From an uncultured Gammaproteobacteria bacterium (GTDB lineage Bacteria; Patescibacteriota; Microgenomatia; UBA1406; HO2-37-13b): 64,000 nt of DNA. Below, one piece after another: positions 51,254 through 60,169 of the stretch (within the stretch, counting starts at the first letter, position 1; each line of letters starts with the position of its first letter). A model generated the notes under the pieces. The model was not told where the DNA came from. It saw only the letters and a list, made by a program, of their open reading frames with translations, and made no database searches. Made by a program: the position numbers and the translations under genes. Where the stretch lies: positions 72,389-136,388 of the forward strand of contig CAYPSA010000001.1 of the NCBI GenBank assembly GCA_964413645.1, written 5' to 3'.

Positions 51254-52630
51254 ATGAACACGCAAGCTTCTTTGGACAAAGTTACTTCGCTCGCCAAGCG
51301 CCGGGGGTTTATTTATCCGTCTTCCGATATTTATGGTGGCATGGCCAATAGCTGGGATTTTGGCCACTACGGCACACTTCTAAAAAACAACATACGCGAC
51401 GCATGGTGGAAACACTACGTACTCGACAGATCTGATGTAAAAGGAATTGAAGCAAGTATTTTCTTGAATCCTGCAGTATGGCAAGCTTCCGGACATGTTT
51501 CAAACTTTACTGATGCCATGATAGATTGCAAAAATTGCAACAATCGAACTCGCGCAGATCACCTCATTGAAGGAGCACTCAAAGATACTAAGGTCGAAGG
51601 ACTTCCGGTACAAGAACTTACAGATCTTGTTAGGAAAAATGCTATAAAGTGTCCAAAGTGCGGTCTTTCTGATTGGACCGATGTTCGTCAGTTTAATTTG
51701 CTATTTGAAACAAAATTAGGCATTGTAGAAGATGCAAAGTCTCAAGTTTACCTGCGTGGTGAGCTTGCTCAGGGAATTTTTATTAACTTCAAAAACGTGC
51801 TCAATTCTATGCGGGTAAAACTTCCTTTTGGTATTGCGCAAGTTGGAAAAGCATTCCGTAATGAAATAACCATGGGTCAGTCAGTTCACCGAACTTTAGA
51901 GTTTGATTTAATGGAGTTTGAATATTTTGTAGATCCGAAAAATTGGGAAGACATATATAATATGTGGCACGATGATATGTGGCAGTTTGCACTCTCCTTG
52001 GGTTTAAAAGAGGAAAACCTGCGTTGGCGTGAACATGAAGAATTTGAGCGAGCGCATTATTCTAAAAAAACCGCTGATATTGAATACGAATATCCATTTG
52101 GATTCAAAGAAATGTTTGGCATTGCGTATCGCACCGATTTTGACTTAAAAAATCACATGGAGAAGTCGGGGGTAGATATGAATTACACCGATAAAGATGG
52201 AAATAAATTCGTTCCACATGTGGTTGAGCCTACATTCGGACTCTCTCGATTAGTGGGTATCGTATTAACCGATGCGTATTGTGAAGAAAGCGTGGGCGAG
52301 AATACTCGTACCGTACTCAAATTACATCCAACACTCGCTCCAATTAAAGCGGCAATATTTCCTCTTCAAAAAGATGAGAAATTGCAAACTCAAGCAAAGG
52401 AGATTTATGAAAAACTTAGTAAACAATTTGTGTGCGAATTTGACGATGCCGGAAATATTGGGAAAATGTACCGTCGTCAAGATGAAATCGGAACACCGCT
52501 CTGTATAACTATTGATTATGAAACTGAAGCTGATGGAAAAGTCACCGTGCGCGATCGTGACAGTATGCAGCAAGAAAGAGTTGAAATCGCAAATCTTTCT
52601 CAGTATATTGAAAAAAAGTTAACAAATTAA
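51254..52630 (+). CDS. glyQS: Glycyl-tRNA synthetase (alpha2 dimer type)
   Basis: RRGFIYPSSDIYGG N-terminus, GKAFRNE class II motif, C-terminal anticodon-binding domain. Confidence 0.93.
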   Translation: MNTQASLDKVTSLAKRRGFIYPSSDIYGGMANSWDFGHYGTLLKNNIRDAWWKHYVLDRSDVKGIEASIFLNPAVWQASGHVSNFTDAMIDCKNCNNRTRADHLIEGALKDTKVEGLPVQELTDLVRKNAIKCPKCGLSDWTDVRQFNLLFETKLGIVEDAKSQVYLRGELAQGIFINFKNVLNSMRVKLPFGIAQVGKAFRNEITMGQSVHRTLEFDLMEFEYFVDPKNWEDIYNMWHDDMWQFALSLGLKEENLRWREHEEFERAHYSKKTADIEYEYPFGFKEMFGIAYRTDFDLKNHMEKSGVDMNYTDKDGNKFVPHVVEPTFGLSRLVGIVLTDAYCEESVGENTRTVLKLHPTLAPIKAAIFPLQKDEKLQTQAKEIYEKLSKQFVCEFDDAGNIGKMYRRQDEIGTPLCITIDYETEADGKVTVRDRDSMQQERVEIANLSQYIEKKLTN

Positions 52631-52632
52631 CT

Positions 52633-53100
52633 ATGAAAAATAAAAACACTCAGGTTGCAGTTGGGATTTTGGTTGCGCTTTTAGTTATTGGTGGTTTGGT
52701 TATGTTTGGCATGAAAAAATCAGGTACTAAAGAGACGACCGACGATTCTAATTTACCCCAAGCTGAGGTTATTCCCATGGTTGACGCTTCTACAAAAGTA
52801 ATGCTTGAATCTGGAAAAGCCAAAGGGGAAGTTATGCTTTCTATTGAAGGTATGCCTACAGGTACAACCAGTTTTGAGTATGAATTAGCATATAACACCA
52901 AAGGCGATGTACAACAAGGAGCTATTGGAACAGTTATGGATGTAGATGGAGAATCTTCATACGAAAAAACAATTTGTTTATGTAGTGAATCTTCCGGCAC
53001 CCGACGATATCACGAACTAATTGATGACAAAATAACCGTGTCAATTAAATTCGACACTGCTTCTGGACCACGAAAATTCGAGAAAGAATTCGAACTCTAA
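52633..53100 (+). CDS. Hypothetical membrane-anchored/exported protein
   Basis: 155 aa; N-terminal TM (VAVGILVALLVIGGLVMFG) then a beta-rich-looking domain; no motif recognised. Confidence 0.5.
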   Translation: MKNKNTQVAVGILVALLVIGGLVMFGMKKSGTKETTDDSNLPQAEVIPMVDASTKVMLESGKAKGEVMLSIEGMPTGTTSFEYELAYNTKGDVQQGAIGTVMDVDGESSYEKTICLCSESSGTRRYHELIDDKITVSIKFDTASGPRKFEKEFEL

Positions 53101-53113
53101 GCGCTTTAGAATG

Positions 53114-53122
53114 TGCTATAAT
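53114..53122 (+). promoter_or_regulatory. Extended -10 box for the 93-aa ORF
   Basis: TGcTATAAT, 8 nt before ATG 53131. Confidence 0.55.
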
Positions 53123-53130
53123 GGCCGTCT

Positions 53131-53412
53131 ATGGCAGTTGAAATGAGCGTGTATAAAAAAGGGCGAATGCTTGGCTCGGCGGATATTGGGTCTACTGGCA
53201 GAGGGGAATTGTCACTCCCGAAAGGCGATATGACAGTTGGTGTACTGGTAACAAATGGAGATTCACAAGAAATATACGTTGGCTATTATGATCATAAACC
53301 TTTGGTGATGGAGCCCAAGGGAACTTATACGCACATTGCTATTCTAACCGGAACAGGTACGAACGTACTACCACTTCCAAAGAAACAATTCGTCGTTATT
53401 TCAAATTCATAA
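53131..53412 (+). CDS. Hypothetical small protein (93 aa)
   Basis: ORF with TGcTATAAT box 8 nt upstream; no motif recognised. Confidence 0.45.
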   Translation: MAVEMSVYKKGRMLGSADIGSTGRGELSLPKGDMTVGVLVTNGDSQEIYVGYYDHKPLVMEPKGTYTHIAILTGTGTNVLPLPKKQFVVISNS

Positions 53413-53507
53413 GATCAATCACTTCTCACTATCAATCCTTTAGTTTGAGTTATTTCAGAGTTTTTTTAGTTACTTCTTTTTAATTGTAAATTAGGGCTAT
53501 TTACCCC

Positions 53508-53536
53508 TTGACATCGCTCTAAATTGCGCCTAAAAT
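53508..53536 (+). promoter_or_regulatory. mraZ / dcw cluster promoter
   Basis: TTGACA-17 nt-TAAAAT, 8 nt before ATG 53545. Confidence 0.75.
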
Positions 53537-53544
53537 GGTTGTAA

Positions 53545-53943
53545 ATGGCATTTTTTGGTGAATATAAAGTATCAATTACGGCTGGGGGAAGAATAGTACT
53601 ACCGAAAAAGATACGAGAACAGGTAAAAGGAGAAGTTTTTATACTCACCAAGGGATTTGACGTTTGTTTAGGAGGCTACGATAAAGCCGATTGGGACAAG
53701 CGATCAGATGCACTTTTACAAGTCTCGCTACTTGACCGTGACGACATAGACCGTCGCCGATACATTTTTTCCGGTGCACAAGAAATTGGGCTTGATGAAC
53801 AAGGACGATTCGTAATTCCTAAAGCACTTGCCTCATTTGCAGGAGCGCAAGACGGAGAAGCAATTATTATTGGCGTTGGCGACCATTTTGAAATCTGGGA
53901 ACAAAAGCGATGGATTACTTATTCCAAAGCAACAAAACAATAA
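53545..53943 (+). CDS. mraZ: Transcriptional regulator MraZ
   Basis: Two SpoVT/AbrB-like halves (GRIVLPKKIRE, GRFVIPKALAS); first gene of the dcw cluster. Confidence 0.9.
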   Translation: MAFFGEYKVSITAGGRIVLPKKIREQVKGEVFILTKGFDVCLGGYDKADWDKRSDALLQVSLLDRDDIDRRRYIFSGAQEIGLDEQGRFVIPKALASFAGAQDGEAIIIGVGDHFEIWEQKRWITYSKATKQ

Positions 53944-53945
53944 AT

Positions 53946-54737
53946 ATGCATACACCAGTCTTATTAAACGAAGTTCTTGTAGGATTACGAGTACATCCAG
54001 CAGGTCGTTATGTCGATGGCACGTACGGCGAAGGAGGACACGCACAAACAATTGCCGCACAAGGTGGAAATGTTCTAGGGATCGATCTTGATGAGGGCCA
54101 AGTTACAAAGAGTAAAAGTGGATCAATCAAGGTTGTTCAAGGAAATTATGCCGATATTGCAACTATTGCACAAAAAGAAGGGTTTTCAGAAGTAGACGGC
54201 GTGCTTCTCGACTTTGGGTTGTCAATGGAACAGCTCAGTCACAGTAAGCGAGGATTTAGCTATAAACATGGCGAGGAGCCGTTGGACATGAGAATCGACG
54301 GTGTATCTGCTGACGTAAGCGCCGCAGATATCGTTAATAGCTATTCGCGACAAGAATTGACCGAAATGTTTAGTAGAAATGCTGAGCAATTAGGCGGCAA
54401 CACAATTGCAAATGCTTTAAAAAGTGGCGGAAAGGTAAAAACAGTCGCCGATGTTGTTGATCGGCTCGGATCAGAAAACGAAAGCACATTAAAACGAATA
54501 TTCCAAGCGTTACGAATAGAAGTAAATCATGAATTCGAGAATATTAAGGCAGGAATAGAAGGAGCGTACGAAATAACAAAAATCGGAGGAAGAATCGCAA
54601 TCATAAGTTTCCATTCAGTAGAAGATCGAATTGTAAAACAGTGGGCAAGGTCGAAAGGTTTGAAAGAAATTATGAAGCAAAAAGGTGGCGCACATGCTTT
54701 TGAACGAAGCGCCGTGTTAAGAATTTATCAAAAATAA
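53946..54737 (+). CDS. rsmH: 16S rRNA m4C1402 methyltransferase RsmH
   Basis: HTPVLLNEV, DGTYGEGGH motifs; ATG 53946 preferred to ORF-track 53910, which overlaps mraZ. Confidence 0.92.
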   Translation: MHTPVLLNEVLVGLRVHPAGRYVDGTYGEGGHAQTIAAQGGNVLGIDLDEGQVTKSKSGSIKVVQGNYADIATIAQKEGFSEVDGVLLDFGLSMEQLSHSKRGFSYKHGEEPLDMRIDGVSADVSAADIVNSYSRQELTEMFSRNAEQLGGNTIANALKSGGKVKTVADVVDRLGSENESTLKRIFQALRIEVNHEFENIKAGIEGAYEITKIGGRIAIISFHSVEDRIVKQWARSKGLKEIMKQKGGAHAFERSAVLRIYQK

Positions 54738-54738
54738 T

Positions 54739-54999
54739 ATGAAAATACTTTATGGACTATTGCTAACAGCTATGATCACGGCCAACATTTACTTATTTGC
54801 ACAAGGAATTGTTGTTTCAGACAATGTGCAAAAACTAGAACTTTCAACTCAAAAACTAAAAATAGAGAATAGTGAATTACAAGCAAAATTATATAAGGTA
54901 AATTCTTTGAGCAATTTAGAGCTCATTGCCCAGGATTTGGGATTCACTCAAAAATCACAACCACTCTTTCTTGATACACCCGCTTACGCATCGCGATAA
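54739..54999 (+). CDS. FtsL/DivIC-like cell division protein
   Basis: 86 aa; single N-terminal TM then coiled-coil; positioned between rsmH and ftsI. Confidence 0.55.
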   Translation: MKILYGLLLTAMITANIYLFAQGIVVSDNVQKLELSTQKLKIENSELQAKLYKVNSLSNLELIAQDLGFTQKSQPLFLDTPAYASR

Positions 55000-55014
55000 G
55001 GTATCATTACAAGT

Positions 55015-56679
55015 ATGAATAGATTGTTCAGTTTAGCTATTGTTTTCTCAGTATTTACATTGGCCATTATTATTCGTCTTTTTTATATCCAAATTCTTCG
55101 TCCCGATTCTTATTACTCTAATAATTACTTACATACCGATACCATTTCAGCAGATCGTGGTGAGATATTTGATCGCAATGGCGAAGCACTGGTTTTAAAT
55201 AGAACAACATATCAAGCCTTTGCTCTTCCAAAGAAGATTAAAGATAAACAGGAATTCATAAAGAAGATCGATGGAGTTCTAAAAATCGGAGAAGCTACTA
55301 TCGACGCAAAGCTCGACATGTCAAAGGAGTGGATTCCAATAAAATCGAAAGTGAGTCAAGATGATCGCAAAAAACTTACTGCTATGCAGCTTGAAGCCTT
55401 GGGTTTTGATGAACAATCTTCACGATTTTATCCTGAATCATCTTTAGCGGCTCAGCTTTTGGGCTTTGTCGGTAAAGACAATGAAGGCGATAATACTGGG
55501 TATTTTGGTATAGAAGGCTTTTATTCTCGAGATTTATCTGGTTTACCCGGCCTTTTTTTAACAGAACGCGACATGTTGGGAAAACCTATTTTTGTTGGAA
55601 CACAAGATATGGTAACCGGTGAAGATGGCAGAGATTTGTATCTAACTATCGATAAAGTAGTGCAGCATATTGCAAAATCCAAACTAAAATCAGGAATTGA
55701 GCGATTTGGTGCCAAGGAAGGGTGCGTTATTATTGCCGATCCTAAGACTATGGAAATACTGGCATTAAGCTGTCTTCCTGATTATGATCCTGATGAGTAT
55801 TTCAAATTTTCAGAGAGCTATTTTACGAATCCTACTATTACCAACCTGTTTGAGCCAGGATCCATTTTTAAGCCACTTATTATGGCTGCGGCACTTAATG
55901 AAAATGTCCTAAAACCCGATGATACGTTTAACGAAGACGGTCCAGCAGTGGTTTCAGGGTATCAAATTAAAACATGGGATGAAAAATATGCAGGAAACAT
56001 CACATTTACCCGTGCACTTGAAAAATCTTCAAATGTTGGCATGGTTCGCACCGGCGAGCGTTTAGGTGAAAAAAAACTGTATTCATACTTACAAAAGTTT
56101 GGAATTGGGGAGAGTACAAATATTGATTTGCAGGGGGAGGTTTCAGGATATTTTAAGCCACAAAAGGACTTTTACAAAATTGATTTTGCAACGGCCACAT
56201 TTGGTCAGGGTTTAGTTGTTACGCCAATGCAAATGATTCGCGCATTTGCAGCGCTACTGAATGGCGGCTATATTATGGAGCCTCATGTAGTTAAATCGCT
56301 TAAAACCGGAGAAGGACAAGTGAAAGATATTAATCCAAAAACCCTTCGAAGAATTTTTTCTGATAAAACATCTCTTCAAATCCGAAGCATGCTCCAACAA
56401 ACCGTCGAACACGCAGAAGCGAAATGGGATCGACCAGTAGGTTACAAAATTGGAGGAAAAACAGGTACGGCGCAAGTTGCTGTTGAAGGTAAGTATGATG
56501 CGTCCAAAACAGTCGCTTCTTTTATAGGATTTGCACCTGTCGATGATCCAAAATTTGTTGCACTCGTAATCTATAAAGAACCTAAAAGTTCACCTTGGGG
56601 AAGTGAAACGGCAGCACCTACCTTCTTTGAAATCGCAAAAGAATTGTTAGTTTATTATAATATAGCTCCAGATAAGTAA
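55015..56679 (+). CDS. ftsI: Class B penicillin-binding protein (FtsI/PBP2-type transpeptidase)
   Basis: N-terminal TM; GSIFKP (SxxK), KSSN, GGKTGTA motifs. Confidence 0.9.
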   Translation: MNRLFSLAIVFSVFTLAIIIRLFYIQILRPDSYYSNNYLHTDTISADRGEIFDRNGEALVLNRTTYQAFALPKKIKDKQEFIKKIDGVLKIGEATIDAKLDMSKEWIPIKSKVSQDDRKKLTAMQLEALGFDEQSSRFYPESSLAAQLLGFVGKDNEGDNTGYFGIEGFYSRDLSGLPGLFLTERDMLGKPIFVGTQDMVTGEDGRDLYLTIDKVVQHIAKSKLKSGIERFGAKEGCVIIADPKTMEILALSCLPDYDPDEYFKFSESYFTNPTITNLFEPGSIFKPLIMAAALNENVLKPDDTFNEDGPAVVSGYQIKTWDEKYAGNITFTRALEKSSNVGMVRTGERLGEKKLYSYLQKFGIGESTNIDLQGEVSGYFKPQKDFYKIDFATATFGQGLVVTPMQMIRAFAALLNGGYIMEPHVVKSLKTGEGQVKDINPKTLRRIFSDKTSLQIRSMLQQTVEHAEAKWDRPVGYKIGGKTGTAQVAVEGKYDASKTVASFIGFAPVDDPKFVALVIYKEPKSSPWGSETAAPTFFEIAKELLVYYNIAPDK

Positions 56680-56683
56680 TTTT

Positions 56684-57886
56684 ATGTTTAAAAAAATAGA
56701 TGATTTTGTAAGTAATCGAATATCTCATGTGCTAGAAGCCATTGTTGCTCGAGCTTTTTTTGGATCTCCCCAGAAAACAATTAAAGTTATTGGTATAACT
56801 GGCACCGATGGAAAAACAACTACCACGCATGCAATTTATCACATCTTAACAACATGCGGTAAAAAGGCTTCTATGATTTCCTCGGTTTACGCCAGTATTG
56901 CAGGTAAAACAACAGATACGGGTTTTCATGTTACTACGCCGCGAGGTTGGGCATTGTATAAATATTTAAGACAAGCAGTGAATGCGAAAAGTGAATTTTT
57001 TGTGCTCGAAACAACTTCGCATGCGCTTGCTCAAAATCGTGCATGGGGAATTCAATTTGCTGTCGGGGTATTAACTAATATTACTCAAGAACATAGTAAG
57101 GAGCATGCTAAATTTGAAGATTACGTTGCTGCAAAAGCGCGATTACTATTATCTGCAAAGAAAAGTATTGTAAATAAAGACGCCGAAATTTTTCCAACAA
57201 TAAGAGAAATACTTGAGAGTAATAATAAATCATTTAGTACGTATTCGATATTCGATAAGACTGCAGATACTGTATGGACTGATTCAATCAAAACGTCTCT
57301 GGTGGAAGATTTTAACAAGCAAAATATGCTTGCTGCAATTGCTGCTTGCATAAGTTTAGGTCTAAATGAGAAAGAGGTTTTGTCTGCCGTCTCGTCTTTT
57401 GTTCTTCCAAAAGGGCGTATGGATATTGTACACGAAGGAGATTTTACGGTAGTTATTGATTTTGCCCATACTCCAAATTCAATTTATAAAGTACTTGAAC
57501 AAATAAAGAAAAACTATTTGAAAAATTCCGGAAAAATTATTCATGTATTTGGATCGGCAAGTGAACGTGACGATGTAAAACGTCCACTAATGGGGCAGGC
57601 AAGTTCTCAGTTTTCCGATCATATTATTCTCACCGAAGAAGATTATCGGCATGAAGATGTTAACAAAATTTGCACAGAAATTGCTTCAGGATTTAGCACT
57701 CAAACACAATATGAAATCGAACCCGATCGTTCTAAGGCAATTCAAATAGCAATTTCTATGGCGAAAAAGAATGATATAGTTGTGTTAACGGGTAAAAGCC
57801 ATGAAAAGAGCTTGGCTCGAAATGGAAAAGAATACCCGTGGGACGAATACCAAACCGTTAAAGACGCTCTTAAAGCACGAGAATAA
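56684..57886 (+). CDS. murE: MurE-like Mur ligase lacking the usual N-terminal domain
   Basis: GITGTDGKTTTT, ETTSHAL, DFAHTPNS, FGSASERDDVKRPLMG; only 400 aa, with the P-loop at about residue 40. Confidence 0.75.
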   Translation: MFKKIDDFVSNRISHVLEAIVARAFFGSPQKTIKVIGITGTDGKTTTTHAIYHILTTCGKKASMISSVYASIAGKTTDTGFHVTTPRGWALYKYLRQAVNAKSEFFVLETTSHALAQNRAWGIQFAVGVLTNITQEHSKEHAKFEDYVAAKARLLLSAKKSIVNKDAEIFPTIREILESNNKSFSTYSIFDKTADTVWTDSIKTSLVEDFNKQNMLAAIAACISLGLNEKEVLSAVSSFVLPKGRMDIVHEGDFTVVIDFAHTPNSIYKVLEQIKKNYLKNSGKIIHVFGSASERDDVKRPLMGQASSQFSDHIILTEEDYRHEDVNKICTEIASGFSTQTQYEIEPDRSKAIQIAISMAKKNDIVVLTGKSHEKSLARNGKEYPWDEYQTVKDALKARE

Positions 57887-57887
57887 T

Positions 57888-59213
57888 ATGAACAATATTT
57901 ACATGGTTGGAATTAAAGGAGTTGGTATGACTGCATTGGCGGTATATTTAAAGGAGCGAGGTATGAACGTGTGGGGAAGCGATGTTGATGAAACGTTTCC
58001 AACAGATTCGGTATTGCGGGAACATGACATTGATGTTGCAAGTGGTTTTGATGTAGCTCATATCAACGAGACTATTGACATGGTAATCACCACCGGAGCG
58101 CATGGAGGACTCACAAATATTGAGGTCGGGGAAGCACAGAGAAAGAAAATACCAGTTTATACTCAGGCGTTTGAACTTGGGCACATAATGGAGTCTTACA
58201 AATACAAAATTGCGATCTGCGGAGCGCATGGAAAATCGACAACAAGTGCTATGGCTGCGTTCGTACTTCACGAGCTTGGTTACAAGAGTTCGCATTTGGT
58301 AGGAGCTTCACGATTTTCAGGATTGTATGGCGGACATTACGGAGGAGACGATTATTTAGTTGTTGAAGCGGATGAGTATGCCACATCACCGGGAGTGGAT
58401 AATACAGCGCGGTTCCTGTCTTTAGAACCAAATATCATTATTTGCACGAACATCGATTTTGATCACCCCGACGTATATGCGTCAATCGATGAGGTTAAAG
58501 CTGCTTATTTGAAACTTTTTCAGAAACTTGACCCGCAAACCGGAACGCTTATTTACAATGGGCACGATGAACACTGTAAGGAGCTCGTAGCGCAACTTTC
58601 TATTAAGAATCTGATTCCCTATTACGAAACTGACGTAGAGATCACTCTCTCAATTCCTGGTAGACATAATAAGCTAAATGCACAAGGAATAGTAAAATTG
58701 GCTGGTGTGCTCGGTATTGAGCAGGCGCTATGTTTGGGAGCGTTGCAAAAGTTTAAGGGGGTTAATCGACGTTTTGAAAAAGTTGCAGAAGGTCTTTATG
58801 ATGACTATGCTCATCACCCAGCAGAACTCTTAACAACTGTAGAATCCGCACGACAGCTTTTAAAGCAACAAAATAGTGGAAAGGTGATACTCATTTTTCA
58901 ACCGCATACTTTTTCTCGAACAAACGCATTGCTCTCAGAGTTTGCTCAGGCGCTTTCGGGAGCGGATACTGCAATAGTTCTCGATGTATTCGCCTCAGCT
59001 CGTGAGGGAGCTTCTGAAAACGGTACTTCGCAGCAAGTAGTGCAAGAAGCAACTCGTTTGGGGCATCAGAATGTTACGCATTCAAAACGAGAAGATTTAG
59101 TCGAAAATTTGAAGAAAATCTATCAAAAAGGCGATATTATCGTCACCGCAGGTGCTGGTAGCATTTATGAGGCCCATAGTGATATAATAAGGGGCTTACA
59201 ACTGATATCCTAA
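57888..59213 (+). CDS. murC: UDP-N-acetylmuramate--L-alanine ligase
   Basis: GIKGVGMTALA, GAHGKSTTSAM, DDYAHHPAEL; ATG 57888 preferred to ORF-track 57801, which overlaps murE. Confidence 0.88.
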   Translation: MNNIYMVGIKGVGMTALAVYLKERGMNVWGSDVDETFPTDSVLREHDIDVASGFDVAHINETIDMVITTGAHGGLTNIEVGEAQRKKIPVYTQAFELGHIMESYKYKIAICGAHGKSTTSAMAAFVLHELGYKSSHLVGASRFSGLYGGHYGGDDYLVVEADEYATSPGVDNTARFLSLEPNIIICTNIDFDHPDVYASIDEVKAAYLKLFQKLDPQTGTLIYNGHDEHCKELVAQLSIKNLIPYYETDVEITLSIPGRHNKLNAQGIVKLAGVLGIEQALCLGALQKFKGVNRRFEKVAEGLYDDYAHHPAELLTTVESARQLLKQQNSGKVILIFQPHTFSRTNALLSEFAQALSGADTAIVLDVFASAREGASENGTSQQVVQEATRLGHQNVTHSKREDLVENLKKIYQKGDIIVTAGAGSIYEAHSDIIRGLQLIS

Positions 59214-59250
59214 ACCAGCAGCAACTGGTGAAGGACTTGGGTGTTACCAT

Positions 59251-60165
59251 ATGAACACATTACAACAACTAGAAGAAAAACTCGGAAAAGATCGCGTACA
59301 AGAAAACTTTGTACTTGCTCCATTTACCACCTTTAAAATGGGTGGTCCTGCCCAATATTATTTTGAAGCAAAATCATTAGAAGATCTTATTAATGCGGTT
59401 AAGGCTTCAAAAGAGTTAGGGATTAGATTAACCATATTGGGTGGAGTATCGAATGTAGTTATTTCAGATGCGGGAATTACTGGACTCGTTGTTCGAAATA
59501 GATATTCACACCAGGAAGTTGTTTTTGAAGATGATTTTTCAATTTTACTTAAAGTCAGCTCGGGATATTCAATTAGCCTACTTGCTTCACAAACTGCAGC
59601 TCTTGGGTATGGAGGGCTTGAGCACCATGTGGGTCTTCCAGGATCAGTAGGAGGCGCAATTTACATGAATTCTAAATGGACTAATCCTCTGTCGTATGTG
59701 GGCGACGTGGTTGATTCAGTTTTACTTATCGACAATGATGGAAATACTCGCATAGAAAAGAAAGACTATTTTCAATTCAAATATGATTACAGTATTTTGC
59801 ACGAAACACATGAACTTGTGGGGTATGTAATTTTTAAGCTCATCAAGGCTGATCCGCAAGAACTTACACAGCACGGACTAAATGCTATGGAGTATCGAAA
59901 GAAAACTCAGCCGTACGGCGTTGCAAGCTCGGGTTGTTTCTTTCAAAATGTCGATGGTGAATCGGCGGGAAAGCTTATTGATGAACTTGGCTTTAAAGGG
60001 TTTAGGGTAGGAGATCTTGAAGTTTCAACAGTGCATGCAAATTTTATTATTAATCACGGAAGCGGAACTGTTGCAGACTTTAAAAAAATAGTAGAATCAA
60101 TTAAACAAAAAGCATTAGAAGAAAAAGGATTGACGTTACATGAAGAAATTAAATTTATTCAATAA
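59251..60165 (+). CDS. murB: UDP-N-acetylenolpyruvoylglucosamine reductase
   Basis: FTTFKMGGPA FAD-binding N-terminus; 304 aa. Confidence 0.9.
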   Translation: MNTLQQLEEKLGKDRVQENFVLAPFTTFKMGGPAQYYFEAKSLEDLINAVKASKELGIRLTILGGVSNVVISDAGITGLVVRNRYSHQEVVFEDDFSILLKVSSGYSISLLASQTAALGYGGLEHHVGLPGSVGGAIYMNSKWTNPLSYVGDVVDSVLLIDNDGNTRIEKKDYFQFKYDYSILHETHELVGYVIFKLIKADPQELTQHGLNAMEYRKKTQPYGVASSGCFFQNVDGESAGKLIDELGFKGFRVGDLEVSTVHANFIINHGSGTVADFKKIVESIKQKALEEKGLTLHEEIKFIQ

Positions 60166-60169
60166 ACAT

